Shown in pieces: positions 19,983 to 30,856 of a DNA stretch of 64,000 nucleotides. The notes under the pieces were generated by a model that was not told where the DNA came from, did no database searches, and saw only the letters and a program-made list of their open reading frames with translations. Positions within the stretch are counted from its first letter, which is position 1. Every line of letters starts with the position of its first letter. The translations under genes and the position numbers were made by a program. Source of the DNA: Promethearchaeota archaeon (GTDB taxonomy: Archaea > Asgardarchaeota > Lokiarchaeia > Sigyniarchaeales > SOKP01); contig JAHPZA010000010.1 in NCBI GenBank assembly GCA_019058445.1, forward strand, positions 1 through 64,000, given 5' to 3'.

Positions 19983-20192
19983 ATTATCTTTTAATTTTTT
20001 TCCTACTTCTATCAGGTTAAATAATTAAGAAATCTATATTAAGTATATTATAAGCGTTTAGATTTAATTGTTTAATTTTAGAATTTTTTTTATGTGTTAG
20101 ATAAATCACTTACCTCTTTCAGCTATTTAATGATTAAATGAAAATATAAGATAAGTCTAAATCATAAAAATTGAATAAATAAACATATTGAC

Positions 20193-21434
20193 ATGGACTC
20201 AATCATTTTGTCTTACATTAGAGATAGAAAAGAAGAAAATTTCAAAAAATATATTTATTGGTTATTGGAATACGATATATCAAGTTTAGATACAATATCT
20301 AAAGATAAAGTAAGAACGAGCAAAACTTTTAAAGATAATTTTATTTCAGAATTGTCTAAAATTGTTTCTCCAAATTATTTAAATAAACAAACAGGAAAAA
20401 TTACAATTAAGAATATTGGTTTATTACTCGCAGAAAATAAGAATTATTTTGACCATAGGATAAGAGGTGTTAAAAATCCGACGTTTAAATTCTCTCTCGA
20501 AGAATTATTAAATTGGAAAGAAATCTTAAATTCCAAATTTGGTTCAAAAGCAATTAATATATTAAAATTAATTACAGACTATATCTCATACCATAAACCA
20601 GTAATCCCTATTTCTAAAAGAAATACAAGACGAACCTGGCGTACTCACAGATTCCTCAATGAGCATTATTTTAAAAAAATAGATTCAATAGAAAAGGCTT
20701 ATCTCTTAGGTTTTTTCTTTGGGGATGGAAGATTAAAGCATTATCGAGATGACAGGAGAAATCGTATTAGTTTTCGTGTTGGTGCAAAAGATGGAATTTT
20801 AGTATATTTCGTTTGTAGTGAATTAGGACTTAATCCGAATTCAGTTTATACAAGAAGGGAGGTAGCTAAGAACGGAAGAGTAGTAATAATTATAGAAATT
20901 GAGTTTACAAGTGATATTATGTCTAATGACCTTTTAAGTTTGGGTTTTATTGGCAGTAAAACAGGAGAAACTCAATGGCCGAATATGGAATTTAAAGTTG
21001 ATGACAATAAAGAAGAAGATTTTAAATTATTACTAGGATTCTTATTAGGATTTTTTGATGCGGAAGGTTGGCAAGGAACTTCTACAATTGAAGTAAAAGG
21101 TAAAAAAATTTTACAGACAATAAAAAATAAATTTGAGTTACCCTACGAAATTTACCCTCGAAAGGATAATTCTGGGAAATATATTATGTCTTTAGGACCA
21201 AAAATCATGAATCTAATGCAGTTATCATTTCCAAAGTCTCTTCCTAGAAAAAGAAAGATTTTTCATCCAAAACATTCAAGATTTAACTTTGATAAAACAC
21301 TTTCAAAAAAAGAGCTTGAGTTTTTAATGAAAAAAATCTCAATCAAAGAGATATCTGATAGATTTGAAATAGATGTTAATAAAATCGAGCTATTGTCAAA
21401 GAAATATTGTCTAAAGTTAAAATCTTCTAATTAG
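20193..21434 (+). CDS. free-standing two-motif LAGLIDADG endonuclease-like protein
   Basis: AYLLGFFFGDG and FLLGFFDAEG motifs; long N-terminal extension; HTH-like C-terminus. Confidence 0.85.
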   Translation: MDSIILSYIRDRKEENFKKYIYWLLEYDISSLDTISKDKVRTSKTFKDNFISELSKIVSPNYLNKQTGKITIKNIGLLLAENKNYFDHRIRGVKNPTFKFSLEELLNWKEILNSKFGSKAINILKLITDYISYHKPVIPISKRNTRRTWRTHRFLNEHYFKKIDSIEKAYLLGFFFGDGRLKHYRDDRRNRISFRVGAKDGILVYFVCSELGLNPNSVYTRREVAKNGRVVIIIEIEFTSDIMSNDLLSLGFIGSKTGETQWPNMEFKVDDNKEEDFKLLLGFLLGFFDAEGWQGTSTIEVKGKKILQTIKNKFELPYEIYPRKDNSGKYIMSLGPKIMNLMQLSFPKSLPRKRKIFHPKHSRFNFDKTLSKKELEFLMKKISIKEISDRFEIDVNKIELLSKKYCLKLKSSN

Positions 21435-21497
21435 AAATTAAAGCTAAAAAAGATTGTAAAGGGGATTAATAATCATTATCTTTAGATGTCGCTTATA

Positions 21498-22547
21498 TCA
21501 CCAGCGCCAGAAGATATCCTCTGCATGGCCTAACATTTCGTCTATATGTATTTTTTCTCCATTATCTAGTATGATGTCTCCAGAATATAATCCATGCAAT
21601 AAAGAACTATTGAGGTATATCAATCCGAAATTCAATTTTTCCCTATGTGAAATTACTGGTTTTAGTGTTATATTTAATCTATTGTCATTGCTAGTAAATT
21701 TCCAGGGTTTTTCAGGATCACGGTTTTCATGATGAAATGTCACTTCATCAATCTTATGCGCCTTACCATCATAAAATATTATATTTTCAGTATGAGTTGC
21801 ACTTTCTTCACTCCCTACAGCTCCAAATCCATAGCCTAAATTAAAAGCAACGGGTACTTCATTGACCATTCCGCATGCCGAAGCCCATAACCAGTGTGTC
21901 CTATATGGCCAAATGCCGCGCCCCCAGTCCATAAGCCCAAATGATGTTTCAGGTTCAAATATATATGTTTTATCTCCAATTTTAATTTCTCCTGAAGCGG
22001 GCATCATATTAATTTTATGATTATAATAGAATAGCCTAGGGTCTTCATTATATCCAGTCACAACCACCGTATTATCCCATTTAGGATTATCATTTAGTGT
22101 AATTGTGCCTTTTATGCCCTTGTCTAAAAATGTGGGATCATCGATAGTTATGATTCGCTTATCTTTACTCTTAGTTATTGAGGCTTTAAATTTTTTAGTC
22201 GGAAACTCGATGACACTATCTTCTAACGAGCTTAATGGAAGTACTTTTGATTTGGTAAAAAACTTAAATAACCCTTTATCTTCTCTCGTCTTGTTTTCAA
22301 AATCGAGCCATACGTAGCTCATTTGAGTTAGATATCCAATATCTCCAATAGTAATTTGTAATCCAAATTGTTTATTTAAGATGGAATAATGATCCCATTC
22401 CTTAATGCGCGTCCATCCCTTTCCAATATTTTCCTTGTTATATGTTAATATCGGCTTTCTTGCCCAACCGCGTTGAACAAGTGAACCATCTTCATTAAAT
22501 AAATTAGATGGCTCCGTTATTTCATTTTGTATTCCCATTAATATCAC
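21498..22547 (-). CDS. DUF2804-family protein
   Basis: GWARKP, RIKEWDHY, FYYNHK, MDWGRGIWPYRTHWLW, TENIIF. Confidence 0.82.
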   Translation of the reverse strand: MILMGIQNEITEPSNLFNEDGSLVQRGWARKPILTYNKENIGKGWTRIKEWDHYSILNKQFGLQITIGDIGYLTQMSYVWLDFENKTREDKGLFKFFTKSKVLPLSSLEDSVIEFPTKKFKASITKSKDKRIITIDDPTFLDKGIKGTITLNDNPKWDNTVVVTGYNEDPRLFYYNHKINMMPASGEIKIGDKTYIFEPETSFGLMDWGRGIWPYRTHWLWASACGMVNEVPVAFNLGYGFGAVGSEESATHTENIIFYDGKAHKIDEVTFHHENRDPEKPWKFTSNDNRLNITLKPVISHREKLNFGLIYLNSSLLHGLYSGDIILDNGEKIHIDEMLGHAEDIFWRW

Positions 22548-22736
22548 TTCCTATTCGATAAGAATGTTTATCTGATTGATTCCAATAAGTACACAATTTT
22601 ATTTTAATTTATTCAAGAGCTCTTTTTTTTTTTCAATAATTAATAATAAATTCGTTTAAGAACAATAAAAATCTTTAAATAAAACCACATCAAATTAGAA
22701 TCAATAAAAATGATCGATTTATCTTGATGGCTTATA

Positions 22737-24191
22737 ATGAACGATATAGAAAAAGATGGTATTGTTGAAAAAGAAGTTTATGAAAATTCCAAGGGCATTA
22801 TGGCAAGCTATAATATGCATCAATTTTTTGGACAATGGATTACGGGGCCTTTTGGCATGTATGTGTTTATATTCTACGAAACCCAAATCGGACTCAATGT
22901 CGCATTAATCGCTTTAGCATTCATCCTATATTCTATATGGAACGCGATTAACGATCCACTTGTCGGTTTTATAATGACAAGAATTCATATGCCATGGGAT
23001 GAGCGGTGGGGAAAAAGATTTCCATGGGTTATAATAGCGGGGATCCCGTGGGCATTCACTTATTTATTAGTCTTTCTTGTTCCCTTTTCTTTAGATCCTG
23101 TAAGAGATCAATGGACGATTTTTGCATGGCTTTTAGTGAGTCTTTGTATTTATGATACATTACTCACAATATGGAATGTTAATGTTGTATCGATGTTTCC
23201 AGATAAATTCAGAAGTTTACCTGAACGCAGAACTGCTGCAGGAATTGGTACTATTGTAGGAATGGCGGGGATTGTAATTTCCTCTACAGTTCCTCCGCTT
23301 TTTATAAGATTTGGAGTTCCCGAGACTTTCAGGACCCAAGCTTGGATCATGGGAGCTGTAGCTTTGATAATTTTAGTTTTTATGATCCCAGGAATAAGAG
23401 AAGATGAGAAAACCAGAATCCGGTACCAAGCGAGGTTACTTAAAATGAGAGAAGAAGAATTAGAATCATTTTTTAAATCAGCTAAGAAAGTAATATCGAA
23501 TAGGAGATTCATGGTTAAAATGCAATTTTTCTTTGGATATCAAGCTGCAGTAGGACTGTTAGGATCTTCTGCATTGTATATGATTATATTTGTTATTGAT
23601 GTAGAAGCGTGGTATTTGGGGATTCTTATGGGATTCATGCTGCTTGGAGCATTCATCTCAATGCCATTTTGGGTAAAATTATCTCATAGACTTAATGATA
23701 ATAAAAAAACAAGCATATACGCAGGCTTTGTAATGTTTTTTGCTTTTTTACCTATGCTTTTTGTTACTGAGTTCCTTTTCTTTTTATTTGTTATGCTTTT
23801 CTTTGGAGTTGGTTTGGGAGGTCAATGGTTTGTGGATCCTCCAACCATGGCTGATGTTCTTGATGATGCTTCTATCCGCACAGGTAGAAAAGAGGAAGAA
23901 TTATACTATGGATACCAAGCCTTTTTCATTCGGTTAAGTGGAGTTGCAGGAGCAATTATTTTTGCGATAGTTCACACCTTAACCGGTTTTGTAGAAGGAT
24001 CTAGAACCAGAGAAGAACTAATGGCCAGGAGTCCATCTTTTGAATTAGCATTATTAGGTATACGTATTCATACAGCTTTAATCCCAGCAATTTTAGTTCT
24101 TATATGCACATTAATTTTTTGGAAATTCTATGATTTGACACCTGACAAGGTGGCAGCAAATAGGGTGAAATTGCAGGAACTAGCGGTATAA
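22737..24191 (+). CDS. MFS transporter, GPH (MelB-like) family, paralog 1
   Basis: WNAINDPLVG, WGKRFPW, about 12 TM segments, TGRKEE..YYG. Confidence 0.9.
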   Translation: MNDIEKDGIVEKEVYENSKGIMASYNMHQFFGQWITGPFGMYVFIFYETQIGLNVALIALAFILYSIWNAINDPLVGFIMTRIHMPWDERWGKRFPWVIIAGIPWAFTYLLVFLVPFSLDPVRDQWTIFAWLLVSLCIYDTLLTIWNVNVVSMFPDKFRSLPERRTAAGIGTIVGMAGIVISSTVPPLFIRFGVPETFRTQAWIMGAVALIILVFMIPGIREDEKTRIRYQARLLKMREEELESFFKSAKKVISNRRFMVKMQFFFGYQAAVGLLGSSALYMIIFVIDVEAWYLGILMGFMLLGAFISMPFWVKLSHRLNDNKKTSIYAGFVMFFAFLPMLFVTEFLFFLFVMLFFGVGLGGQWFVDPPTMADVLDDASIRTGRKEEELYYGYQAFFIRLSGVAGAIIFAIVHTLTGFVEGSRTREELMARSPSFELALLGIRIHTALIPAILVLICTLIFWKFYDLTPDKVAANRVKLQELAV

Positions 24192-24449
24192 TTAGATTTT
24201 CTCATTTATTTTTTTTTATTTTATTTTGTCAATAAAATTTTTCATTTAGGATAATTATTGAATGATAATTCGTGAAACGTCGATTTTATGAAGATTCCTA
24301 TATATTAGGAAAATATCTTCATTTTTAGTAATAAATAGTTTTTTGTTAAGATTTTATATGAGATCGAATTTGTTAGCACTTTATATGAAAAGAATAGTAG
24401 AATTCCTAAAGTCACACTTCTATTATCAATCAAATCTAAGAATTTAGAT

Positions 24450-25922
24450 TTAGTTACCGGCTTTATTTTTAGATTCCTGAACTAATATTCCAAAATTTTT
24501 GATCATATCTTCAAGTTCTGAAAAGCACGGGATGTTTTCCCCTCCCAACTTTTCTGAAAGATATCGAACTTCCTTAGCTTCACCAATTAAATAGAAGAAA
24601 ATAGGTTTTGGTGTCATTCTAGCATTTTTTACCATATTAGGGATATTCCACATACTTCTAAAACGTCTGGAACAAAACATCATATTAAAAAGGCCCTCAA
24701 TCTCTGGTTCACTTAAAACGGCATCGTAGGCAGCTTTAATTACTAGATCTCTATCTTTCCTCTCCATCATCGCTTTTTCCATAGCAGGCCAAATATCTAC
24801 AAGACTAAATCGATTTGGAGGCATCCATTCAGGAAATACTTCTACTAAGGCTTTATAGGAGTCATCTCCTAATGTGGGAAGTCGTAATCCGTATTTCATC
24901 GTAAGATCTGCAATTAGAGTACCAGCCCCTCCCGAACCTACAATTGTAGAAACCCCGCCCTTTGTGGGAAGTTTCTTATCGGTTTCATATATCATTGAGA
25001 AAGTTCGGGCAAATTGAAATAATTCATCAAAACTGTTTGCTTGTATAACTCCAGATTGTTTAATTATTGCTTCTAAAAGTTGTGAATTTTCCGCAAGCGC
25101 TCCAGTATGACTTAGAGTTGCCTTTTGTCCTTGAGTTGTTAATCCTCCTTTTACTAGGATAATTGTTTTCTTTGGGATTTTTTTAGCTTTTCTGCATAAT
25201 TCTATAAATTTTCTTGGATCTTTGAATGATTCTAAATATATCGCTATAACATTAACCGTTGGATCATCTAAAAAATATTCAAGAAACTCTATTTCACTTA
25301 AATCCATTTTGTTTCCAATAGAACATGAATATCTAAAGCCTAGTTCTGGGTATTTCTGCATTATATGCATAAGATACCCACCATTCAGCATCCCTGATTG
25401 GCTGACAACTGCGATATTTCCTCTTTTATATTTTTCAAAAACCCCAAATCCTGAGAAAAATCCTCCCTTATCTTCACTATTACTGTTTTCATCAATTTTA
25501 GTGAGGCCCATGCAATTTGGTCCGACAATTCTGATTTTTGAAAAAGTATCCGTGATTTCAACAATCTTATCTCTTAGTTCAAGACCTTTCTTCCCTACTT
25601 CTTCGAATCCAGAGGCTTCGATTAATGCCCCTTTAATTCCTTTCTGAATACATTCTTCTAATAATCCAGGAATAAGACGATTGCCAACATAAAAAATGGC
25701 AAGATCTACTTCGTCTTCAATATCCAAAACTGATTTTTTGAATTCAAGACCATATATTTCACCTTTAGCAGTAGGATTTACAGGATATATTTTTCCCTTG
25801 TAATTATTTAAAGTAAGATTATGAACAATTCGGTTACCTCCCTTCACTATATTTTTCGAAGCACCTATCACTGCCACAGATTTAGGATTAAGAAACAAGT
25901 CTACAATATGATTATTTGTCAA
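24450..25922 (-). CDS. NDP-forming acyl-CoA synthetase alpha-type (CoA-binding) subunit, paralog 1
   Basis: PKSVAVIGAS, SGFEE, GPNCMG, SQSG, SIGNKMD, SHTGAL phospho-His. Confidence 0.9.
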   Translation of the reverse strand: MTNNHIVDLFLNPKSVAVIGASKNIVKGGNRIVHNLTLNNYKGKIYPVNPTAKGEIYGLEFKKSVLDIEDEVDLAIFYVGNRLIPGLLEECIQKGIKGALIEASGFEEVGKKGLELRDKIVEITDTFSKIRIVGPNCMGLTKIDENSNSEDKGGFFSGFGVFEKYKRGNIAVVSQSGMLNGGYLMHIMQKYPELGFRYSCSIGNKMDLSEIEFLEYFLDDPTVNVIAIYLESFKDPRKFIELCRKAKKIPKKTIILVKGGLTTQGQKATLSHTGALAENSQLLEAIIKQSGVIQANSFDELFQFARTFSMIYETDKKLPTKGGVSTIVGSGGAGTLIADLTMKYGLRLPTLGDDSYKALVEVFPEWMPPNRFSLVDIWPAMEKAMMERKDRDLVIKAAYDAVLSEPEIEGLFNMMFCSRRFRSMWNIPNMVKNARMTPKPIFFYLIGEAKEVRYLSEKLGGENIPCFSELEDMIKNFGILVQESKNKAGN

Positions 25923-26059
25923 TTAAGATCACTTGCTAATAAGGTATAATTTTAGGTGATCTTGAAAATATTTTCTGATTCATATTTTTTATTCTTTTAC
26001 AATATTATACTAATTCCAAAGAAAACTTAAAAGAAATTTAAAATAAGATATATTCCGAT

Positions 26060-27547
26060 TTAAGAGGAATTAAGAGAATTCAATAATTTTGTTTTATGAA
26101 TTGACTCTTGAACCAAAAGACTAAAAGTTTTAACCATTTCCTCTAAAGATATAAAACTTGGAATATTATTTAGGGCTAATAACTTTGAAATACGGATAAC
26201 TTCTTCATGTTCACCAATAAGCCAATAAAATACAGGTTTAGGAGACTTACTAGATAATTCGATGCGTTTATCAATTGTTTCCATATCCATTGAACGTTTT
26301 GCACAAAACACCATACTAAAGAGACCTTCAACTTCAGGCTCATCCAAAATCGCTTGTAAAACAAGATTCATCATTTCATTAACTTTATCTTTAGCTTTTT
26401 CAATAGCTGGCCATATATCTACGAGTGCAAACCTATTTGGGGGCATCCACTCTGGAAAGACCTCTACCAGAGTTTTATAAGCTTGATCGCCTAAAATAGG
26501 GAATTTTAAACCATATTTAATAGTCAGATCAGCGCTGATTGTGCCAGCTCCACCAGAACCAACAATCATTGCCACATTTCCTTTTTTAGGTAAAGTTTTC
26601 CGAGCGTTATACATCATTGAAAAAACTCTTGCCGTTTGAAATAATTCATGAAAACTACTTACTTGTATTACGCCAGCCTGTCTAATGATTGCTTCTGTTA
26701 ATTTTCCATCCTCCGCAATTGATCCTGTGTGGCTTAATGAAGCTTTTTGCCCTTGACTTGTCGTTCCTCCTTTGATGAATAATATAGTTTTATTTGGTAT
26801 GCTCTTAGCCTCTCTGCATAATTTAATGAATCTCCTTGGATCTTTGAAGGATTCAAGATAGATTGCTATTACATTTACAGTAGAATCATGCAATAGATGT
26901 TCTAAAAACTCTATTTCACCAATATCCATCTTATTTCCAATCGAACATGAATATCTTATCCCGAGATCTGGATACATTGTCATCAAGTGCATTAAATACC
27001 CACCATTTAGCATTCCAGACTGACTTATTATAGCAATATTACCCCTTCTATAGTTAGCTAATATTCCAAATGAGGAAAAAAAACCACCTTTTTTATCACT
27101 GTCGCTATCTCCGTCTATTCTTGTTATTCCCATACAGTTAGGTCCAACTATTCTGATCTTTGAGAAATTATTCGTAATCTCTAAGATTTGATCTCTTAGC
27201 ATTAATCCATGTTCCCCAACCTCCTCAAACCCAGATGCTTCAATAATTGCCCCTTTAATACCTTTCTGAACACACTCTGCCAATACTCCAGGTATTAAAC
27301 GATTTGGTACATAAAAGATTGCAAGATCAATTTCCTCTTCAACATCTAATACAGACTTTTTAATTTCTAAATCAAATACCATTTTCCCCTCTGCGTTCGG
27401 ATTTATGGGATAGATTTTTCCTTTGAAATTATTAAGAGTGAGATTATTTAGAATCCAATTACCGCCTTTCATAGGATTTGTTGAGGCGCCAATGATAGCA
27501 ACCGATTTAGGATTAAGAAACAATTCTATTATATTATTACTCATCAA
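26060..27547 (-). CDS. NDP-forming acyl-CoA synthetase alpha-type (CoA-binding) subunit, paralog 2
   Basis: Same motifs (SHTGSI); clearly similar to 24450-25922. Confidence 0.9.
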   Translation of the reverse strand: MMSNNIIELFLNPKSVAIIGASTNPMKGGNWILNNLTLNNFKGKIYPINPNAEGKMVFDLEIKKSVLDVEEEIDLAIFYVPNRLIPGVLAECVQKGIKGAIIEASGFEEVGEHGLMLRDQILEITNNFSKIRIVGPNCMGITRIDGDSDSDKKGGFFSSFGILANYRRGNIAIISQSGMLNGGYLMHLMTMYPDLGIRYSCSIGNKMDIGEIEFLEHLLHDSTVNVIAIYLESFKDPRRFIKLCREAKSIPNKTILFIKGGTTSQGQKASLSHTGSIAEDGKLTEAIIRQAGVIQVSSFHELFQTARVFSMMYNARKTLPKKGNVAMIVGSGGAGTISADLTIKYGLKFPILGDQAYKTLVEVFPEWMPPNRFALVDIWPAIEKAKDKVNEMMNLVLQAILDEPEVEGLFSMVFCAKRSMDMETIDKRIELSSKSPKPVFYWLIGEHEEVIRISKLLALNNIPSFISLEEMVKTFSLLVQESIHKTKLLNSLNSS

Positions 27548-27766
27548 TCTATAGGCACTTTCAGTTCTAATTATGATAAAAATTATTATTGATATGGAAA
27601 ATATATCCTAATTCATATCCTTTTTTATTTTATGTTGAGTATATTTTGTCGAAGTATATTAAAATATAAAAACTATAAATAGTCTTCAAACAAATTAGTT
27701 TTTAAGAAATTTATCATTTTCAAGATAAATTTCATTAGTAATTATTCAGAAAAGGAGATATGAATA

Positions 27767-29221
27767 TTGAGTAATATAGAAAATAATGAAGCTGTTGACG
27801 AGGAGATTTATGAGAATTCAAAACTTATGATGGCAAGTTATAGCACAAACCAGTTCTTCGGACAGTGGATAACGGGGCCATTCGGAATGTATGTGTTCAT
27901 TTTCTACGAGGTTCAAATCGGTCTATTTGTGGGGCTAGTTGCTTTAGCATTTATCCTTTATTCTTTTTGGAATGCTTTTAACGATCCTCTTATAGGATTC
28001 ATAATGGCTAAAATCCATATGCCATGGGAAGATAAATGGGGTAAACGTTTTCCATGGATAGTAATAGGCGGAATCCCTTGGTTGTTTACATACCTTCTTG
28101 TTTTTATGGTTCCACTGACTTGGGATCCTGTAAGAGAACAATGGCTAATCTTTATCTGGCTTCTCGTTAGTATATGCCTTTATGATACTCTTTTTTCACT
28201 TTGGGATATAAATGTAAGATCTTTGTACCCGGATAAATTTCGCGGACATGGTGAACGTAGAACAGCTGCAGGGATCGGGACGCTTATTGGAATGTCTGGG
28301 ATTGTTGCTTCTTCAATAATCCCTCCATTGTTTATTCAATTTGGTGTGCCAGAAACTTTTCGTATTCAAGCTTTAATTCTTATTGCTGTGGGTTTTGTAA
28401 TATTTTGTTTTATGATTCCGGGAATAAGAGAGGACGAGAAGACTAAGGCGCGATATAAGGAAAGGCTTTTAAAAGCTAGTGAGGAAGAAAAACAGTCTTT
28501 TATAAAAGTGGCTAAAGAAGTAGTAAATAATAAACAGTTTATGTCAAAATTATTAGTATTTTTCGGATATCAAGCAGCTGTAGCATTATTGGCTGCATCA
28601 GCACTTTATATGATAATTTTTGTTCTGGGTATGGAAGCTTGGTTTTTAGCTGTTCTGATGGGAGCCATGTTATTAGGTGCGTTTATTTCTGTACCTCTTT
28701 GGTTAAAATTGTCTCATAAATTTAATAATAATAAAAAAGTGTGTTTAATTGCCGGATTGGTAATGTTTGTGACGTTTTTACCAATTTTTTTCGTGACTGA
28801 AATTATATTCTTTATTGTGGCACTATTTATCTTCGGGGTAGGACTTGGAGGACAATGGTTTGCGGATCCACCTGCAATGGCAGATGTGCTTGATGATGTT
28901 GCGGTAAAAAATGGAAAAAGAAAAGATGAAATTTATTATGGATACCAAACTTTCTTTGTCAGACTTAGTCTTGTCGTCCAAGCAGTTGTTTTTGCTATTG
29001 TACATACTTTAACTGGATTTGTGGAAGGATCTATAAATCAAGCTGATTTATTCGCAAAAAGCCCAACTCCTGAATTAGCGTTATTAGGGATACGCATACA
29101 TACTGCACTTATTCCATCAATTTTAGTTCTAGTCTGTACTTTGATATTTTGGAAATTGTACGACCTAACTCCTGATAAAGTGGCTATGAATAAAGCAAAA
29201 TTGAAAGAACTTGGACTATGA
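27767..29221 (+). CDS. MFS transporter, GPH family, paralog 2
   Basis: Highly similar to 22737-24191 (QFFGQWITGPFGMYVFIFYE identical). Confidence 0.9.
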   Translation: MSNIENNEAVDEEIYENSKLMMASYSTNQFFGQWITGPFGMYVFIFYEVQIGLFVGLVALAFILYSFWNAFNDPLIGFIMAKIHMPWEDKWGKRFPWIVIGGIPWLFTYLLVFMVPLTWDPVREQWLIFIWLLVSICLYDTLFSLWDINVRSLYPDKFRGHGERRTAAGIGTLIGMSGIVASSIIPPLFIQFGVPETFRIQALILIAVGFVIFCFMIPGIREDEKTKARYKERLLKASEEEKQSFIKVAKEVVNNKQFMSKLLVFFGYQAAVALLAASALYMIIFVLGMEAWFLAVLMGAMLLGAFISVPLWLKLSHKFNNNKKVCLIAGLVMFVTFLPIFFVTEIIFFIVALFIFGVGLGGQWFADPPAMADVLDDVAVKNGKRKDEIYYGYQTFFVRLSLVVQAVVFAIVHTLTGFVEGSINQADLFAKSPTPELALLGIRIHTALIPSILVLVCTLIFWKLYDLTPDKVAMNKAKLKELGL

Positions 29222-29407
29222 TTTAATAAATTATTTTTTTTTTTATTCTTGAGAATTAAAATTAAGTTACTAAAATTCTTATTTAGAAGTAAGTTAAAAC
29301 GTTATTGGATTGTCCATAGAATAATCGATAAAATTAATAAAAAAAAAGAATAAATCAATTAGAAAATAATTCACTTTTACAGTTTTTTTTTTGACTTTAA
29401 AATGATT

Positions 29408-30073
29408 TTATTCTGATTTAGGAGGTTTTAGGAATTCGGGTCTAATTTTTGTAATTCTAGTTACAATTTTAGCTTGTAGTTCTAATAATACGCTGGATTT
29501 CGATTCAGAACCTATTTTTATATCGTATTTATAATTAGGTTCTTCAATCAATGATGGCTCGGGTTCAGACTTTACAAAAGTAACGTCTTTAGTTTGTTTG
29601 AAATCAAGTGTTAATTCTATATCATTATTTAATTTATTCTCAATCATAATTTTTCTTGAGATTTTATCAAATCTTGTCCGAACTTCAATTTGTTCTTTTG
29701 GATTTGAAGCATCTTCATAGTTTACTTTAGCATCTCCTTCAGTAATATTTACAATATCATCATCTACTAAAATGTCATCATCAATCATATTTTCAGAGTT
29801 AATTTTAGTACCTGAGCTTTCAGCAGTATTAAGAAAAAGAAATGGCATGTTATTTTTGTATAGTGTCATTGGTGAATTACTTGGAATGTCTTTATTAATT
29901 AAATCCCCTTGCTTAATCAAAACATATTTTACAATGGTATCCCAAGTCAATTTATTTGATGACACATTATTAGCAGTATACTGAATTTCAATCTTACGTT
30001 CTATTGTAAATTCACATTTTGCCTTAAACCAATTTAATTTTATTTTTTTTCGAGTTGGAACATTAGCTTTCAT
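29408..30073 (-). CDS. hypothetical protein, possibly the C-terminal partner of the upstream DUF4139-like gene
   Basis: 221-aa beta-rich ORF 9 nt downstream of the partner gene; GAGGTGA ribosome-binding motif. Confidence 0.6.
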   Translation of the reverse strand: MKANVPTRKKIKLNWFKAKCEFTIERKIEIQYTANNVSSNKLTWDTIVKYVLIKQGDLINKDIPSNSPMTLYKNNMPFLFLNTAESSGTKINSENMIDDDILVDDDIVNITEGDAKVNYEDASNPKEQIEVRTRFDKISRKIMIENKLNNDIELTLDFKQTKDVTFVKSEPEPSLIEEPNYKYDIKIGSESKSSVLLELQAKIVTRITKIRPEFLKPPKSE

Positions 30074-30082
30074 TTTTTCACC

Positions 30083-30856
30083 TCACAGCATTAAATTCTT
30101 CATTCTTTGTGTTCTTTTTAAACCAGATTTAGGCTGTACGCTTCTTAATCTATCTAATTCTCCTAACATTTCTTGACGTAATGCTGCCGGAAATGTGGCT
30201 TCTTGACCTGTTGCCTCAGATGGTGCACCATATCCGGTTGTAGCATATGCAGGAGCACTTGGAAGTTCAAATATCGCAAAACCGAGCTCAACATTTTCAT
30301 ATGAAAAGCCAGTTTTATTATCTACTATAATATATCCCTCAACTTCCGCAGTTTTTCCATCATCACTAATATTAACTTGTAAGGATGTGTGCCATCTTAC
30401 ACGCAGATCACTTACAAAATAAATTATTTTTACTATGACTTCACCCTCCTGCTTAGTGCAATTAATTATAAAGTCAAACGCCCCTTTCATGTCAGCATAA
30501 GTTCTATAGGAACTCGCTTCACATATGTTGGACACTTTTTCTCTTAATTCACGAGTAAAATCAATCGCATAACTAATTATTGAGGTTGCTGCTGATTTTT
30601 CTCTGTCGATAATTTGTTGAGCATTTGTCATATCTGGTAAAGCAGTTATCGTTTGTTGCAATGTAATAACCTCTTTATCTTCAGGGTTAACATACTCCAA
30701 TATAATATCAGCAGAATTAGGATCGAAACTAGCAGGAACATTTTGGATTTGAAATTCATTAATACCTTGATTTAAAGCAAGCTTTATCTCCCGTTCTACA
30801 ATTCCACCACCAGCATTGAAAATGATTAGTTTCTTTACTTTTGGATCAATTAAAAT
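30083..30856 (-). CDS. DUF4140/DUF4139-like protein; probable ATT start at 30856
   Basis: Frame open upstream of TTG 30700 giving LIDPKVKKLIIFNAGGGIVEREIKLALNQGINEFQIQNVPASFDPNS; later RW...VDNKTGFSYENVEL; GGTGA 6 nt before the ATT. Confidence 0.65.
   Translation of the reverse strand: MLIDPKVKKLIIFNAGGGIVEREIKLALNQGINEFQIQNVPASFDPNSADIILEYVNPEDKEVITLQQTITALPDMTNAQQIIDREKSAATSIISYAIDFTRELREKVSNICEASSYRTYADMKGAFDFIINCTKQEGEVIVKIIYFVSDLRVRWHTSLQVNISDDGKTAEVEGYIIVDNKTGFSYENVELGFAIFELPSAPAYATTGYGAPSEATGQEATFPAALRQEMLGELDRLRSVQPKSGLKRTQRMKNLML

Noticed and set aside
21785-21825. BHB-like pairing GAGU/ACUC in the DUF2804 gene
   Set aside because: No intron stem, and excision (16 nt) would break an intact ORF
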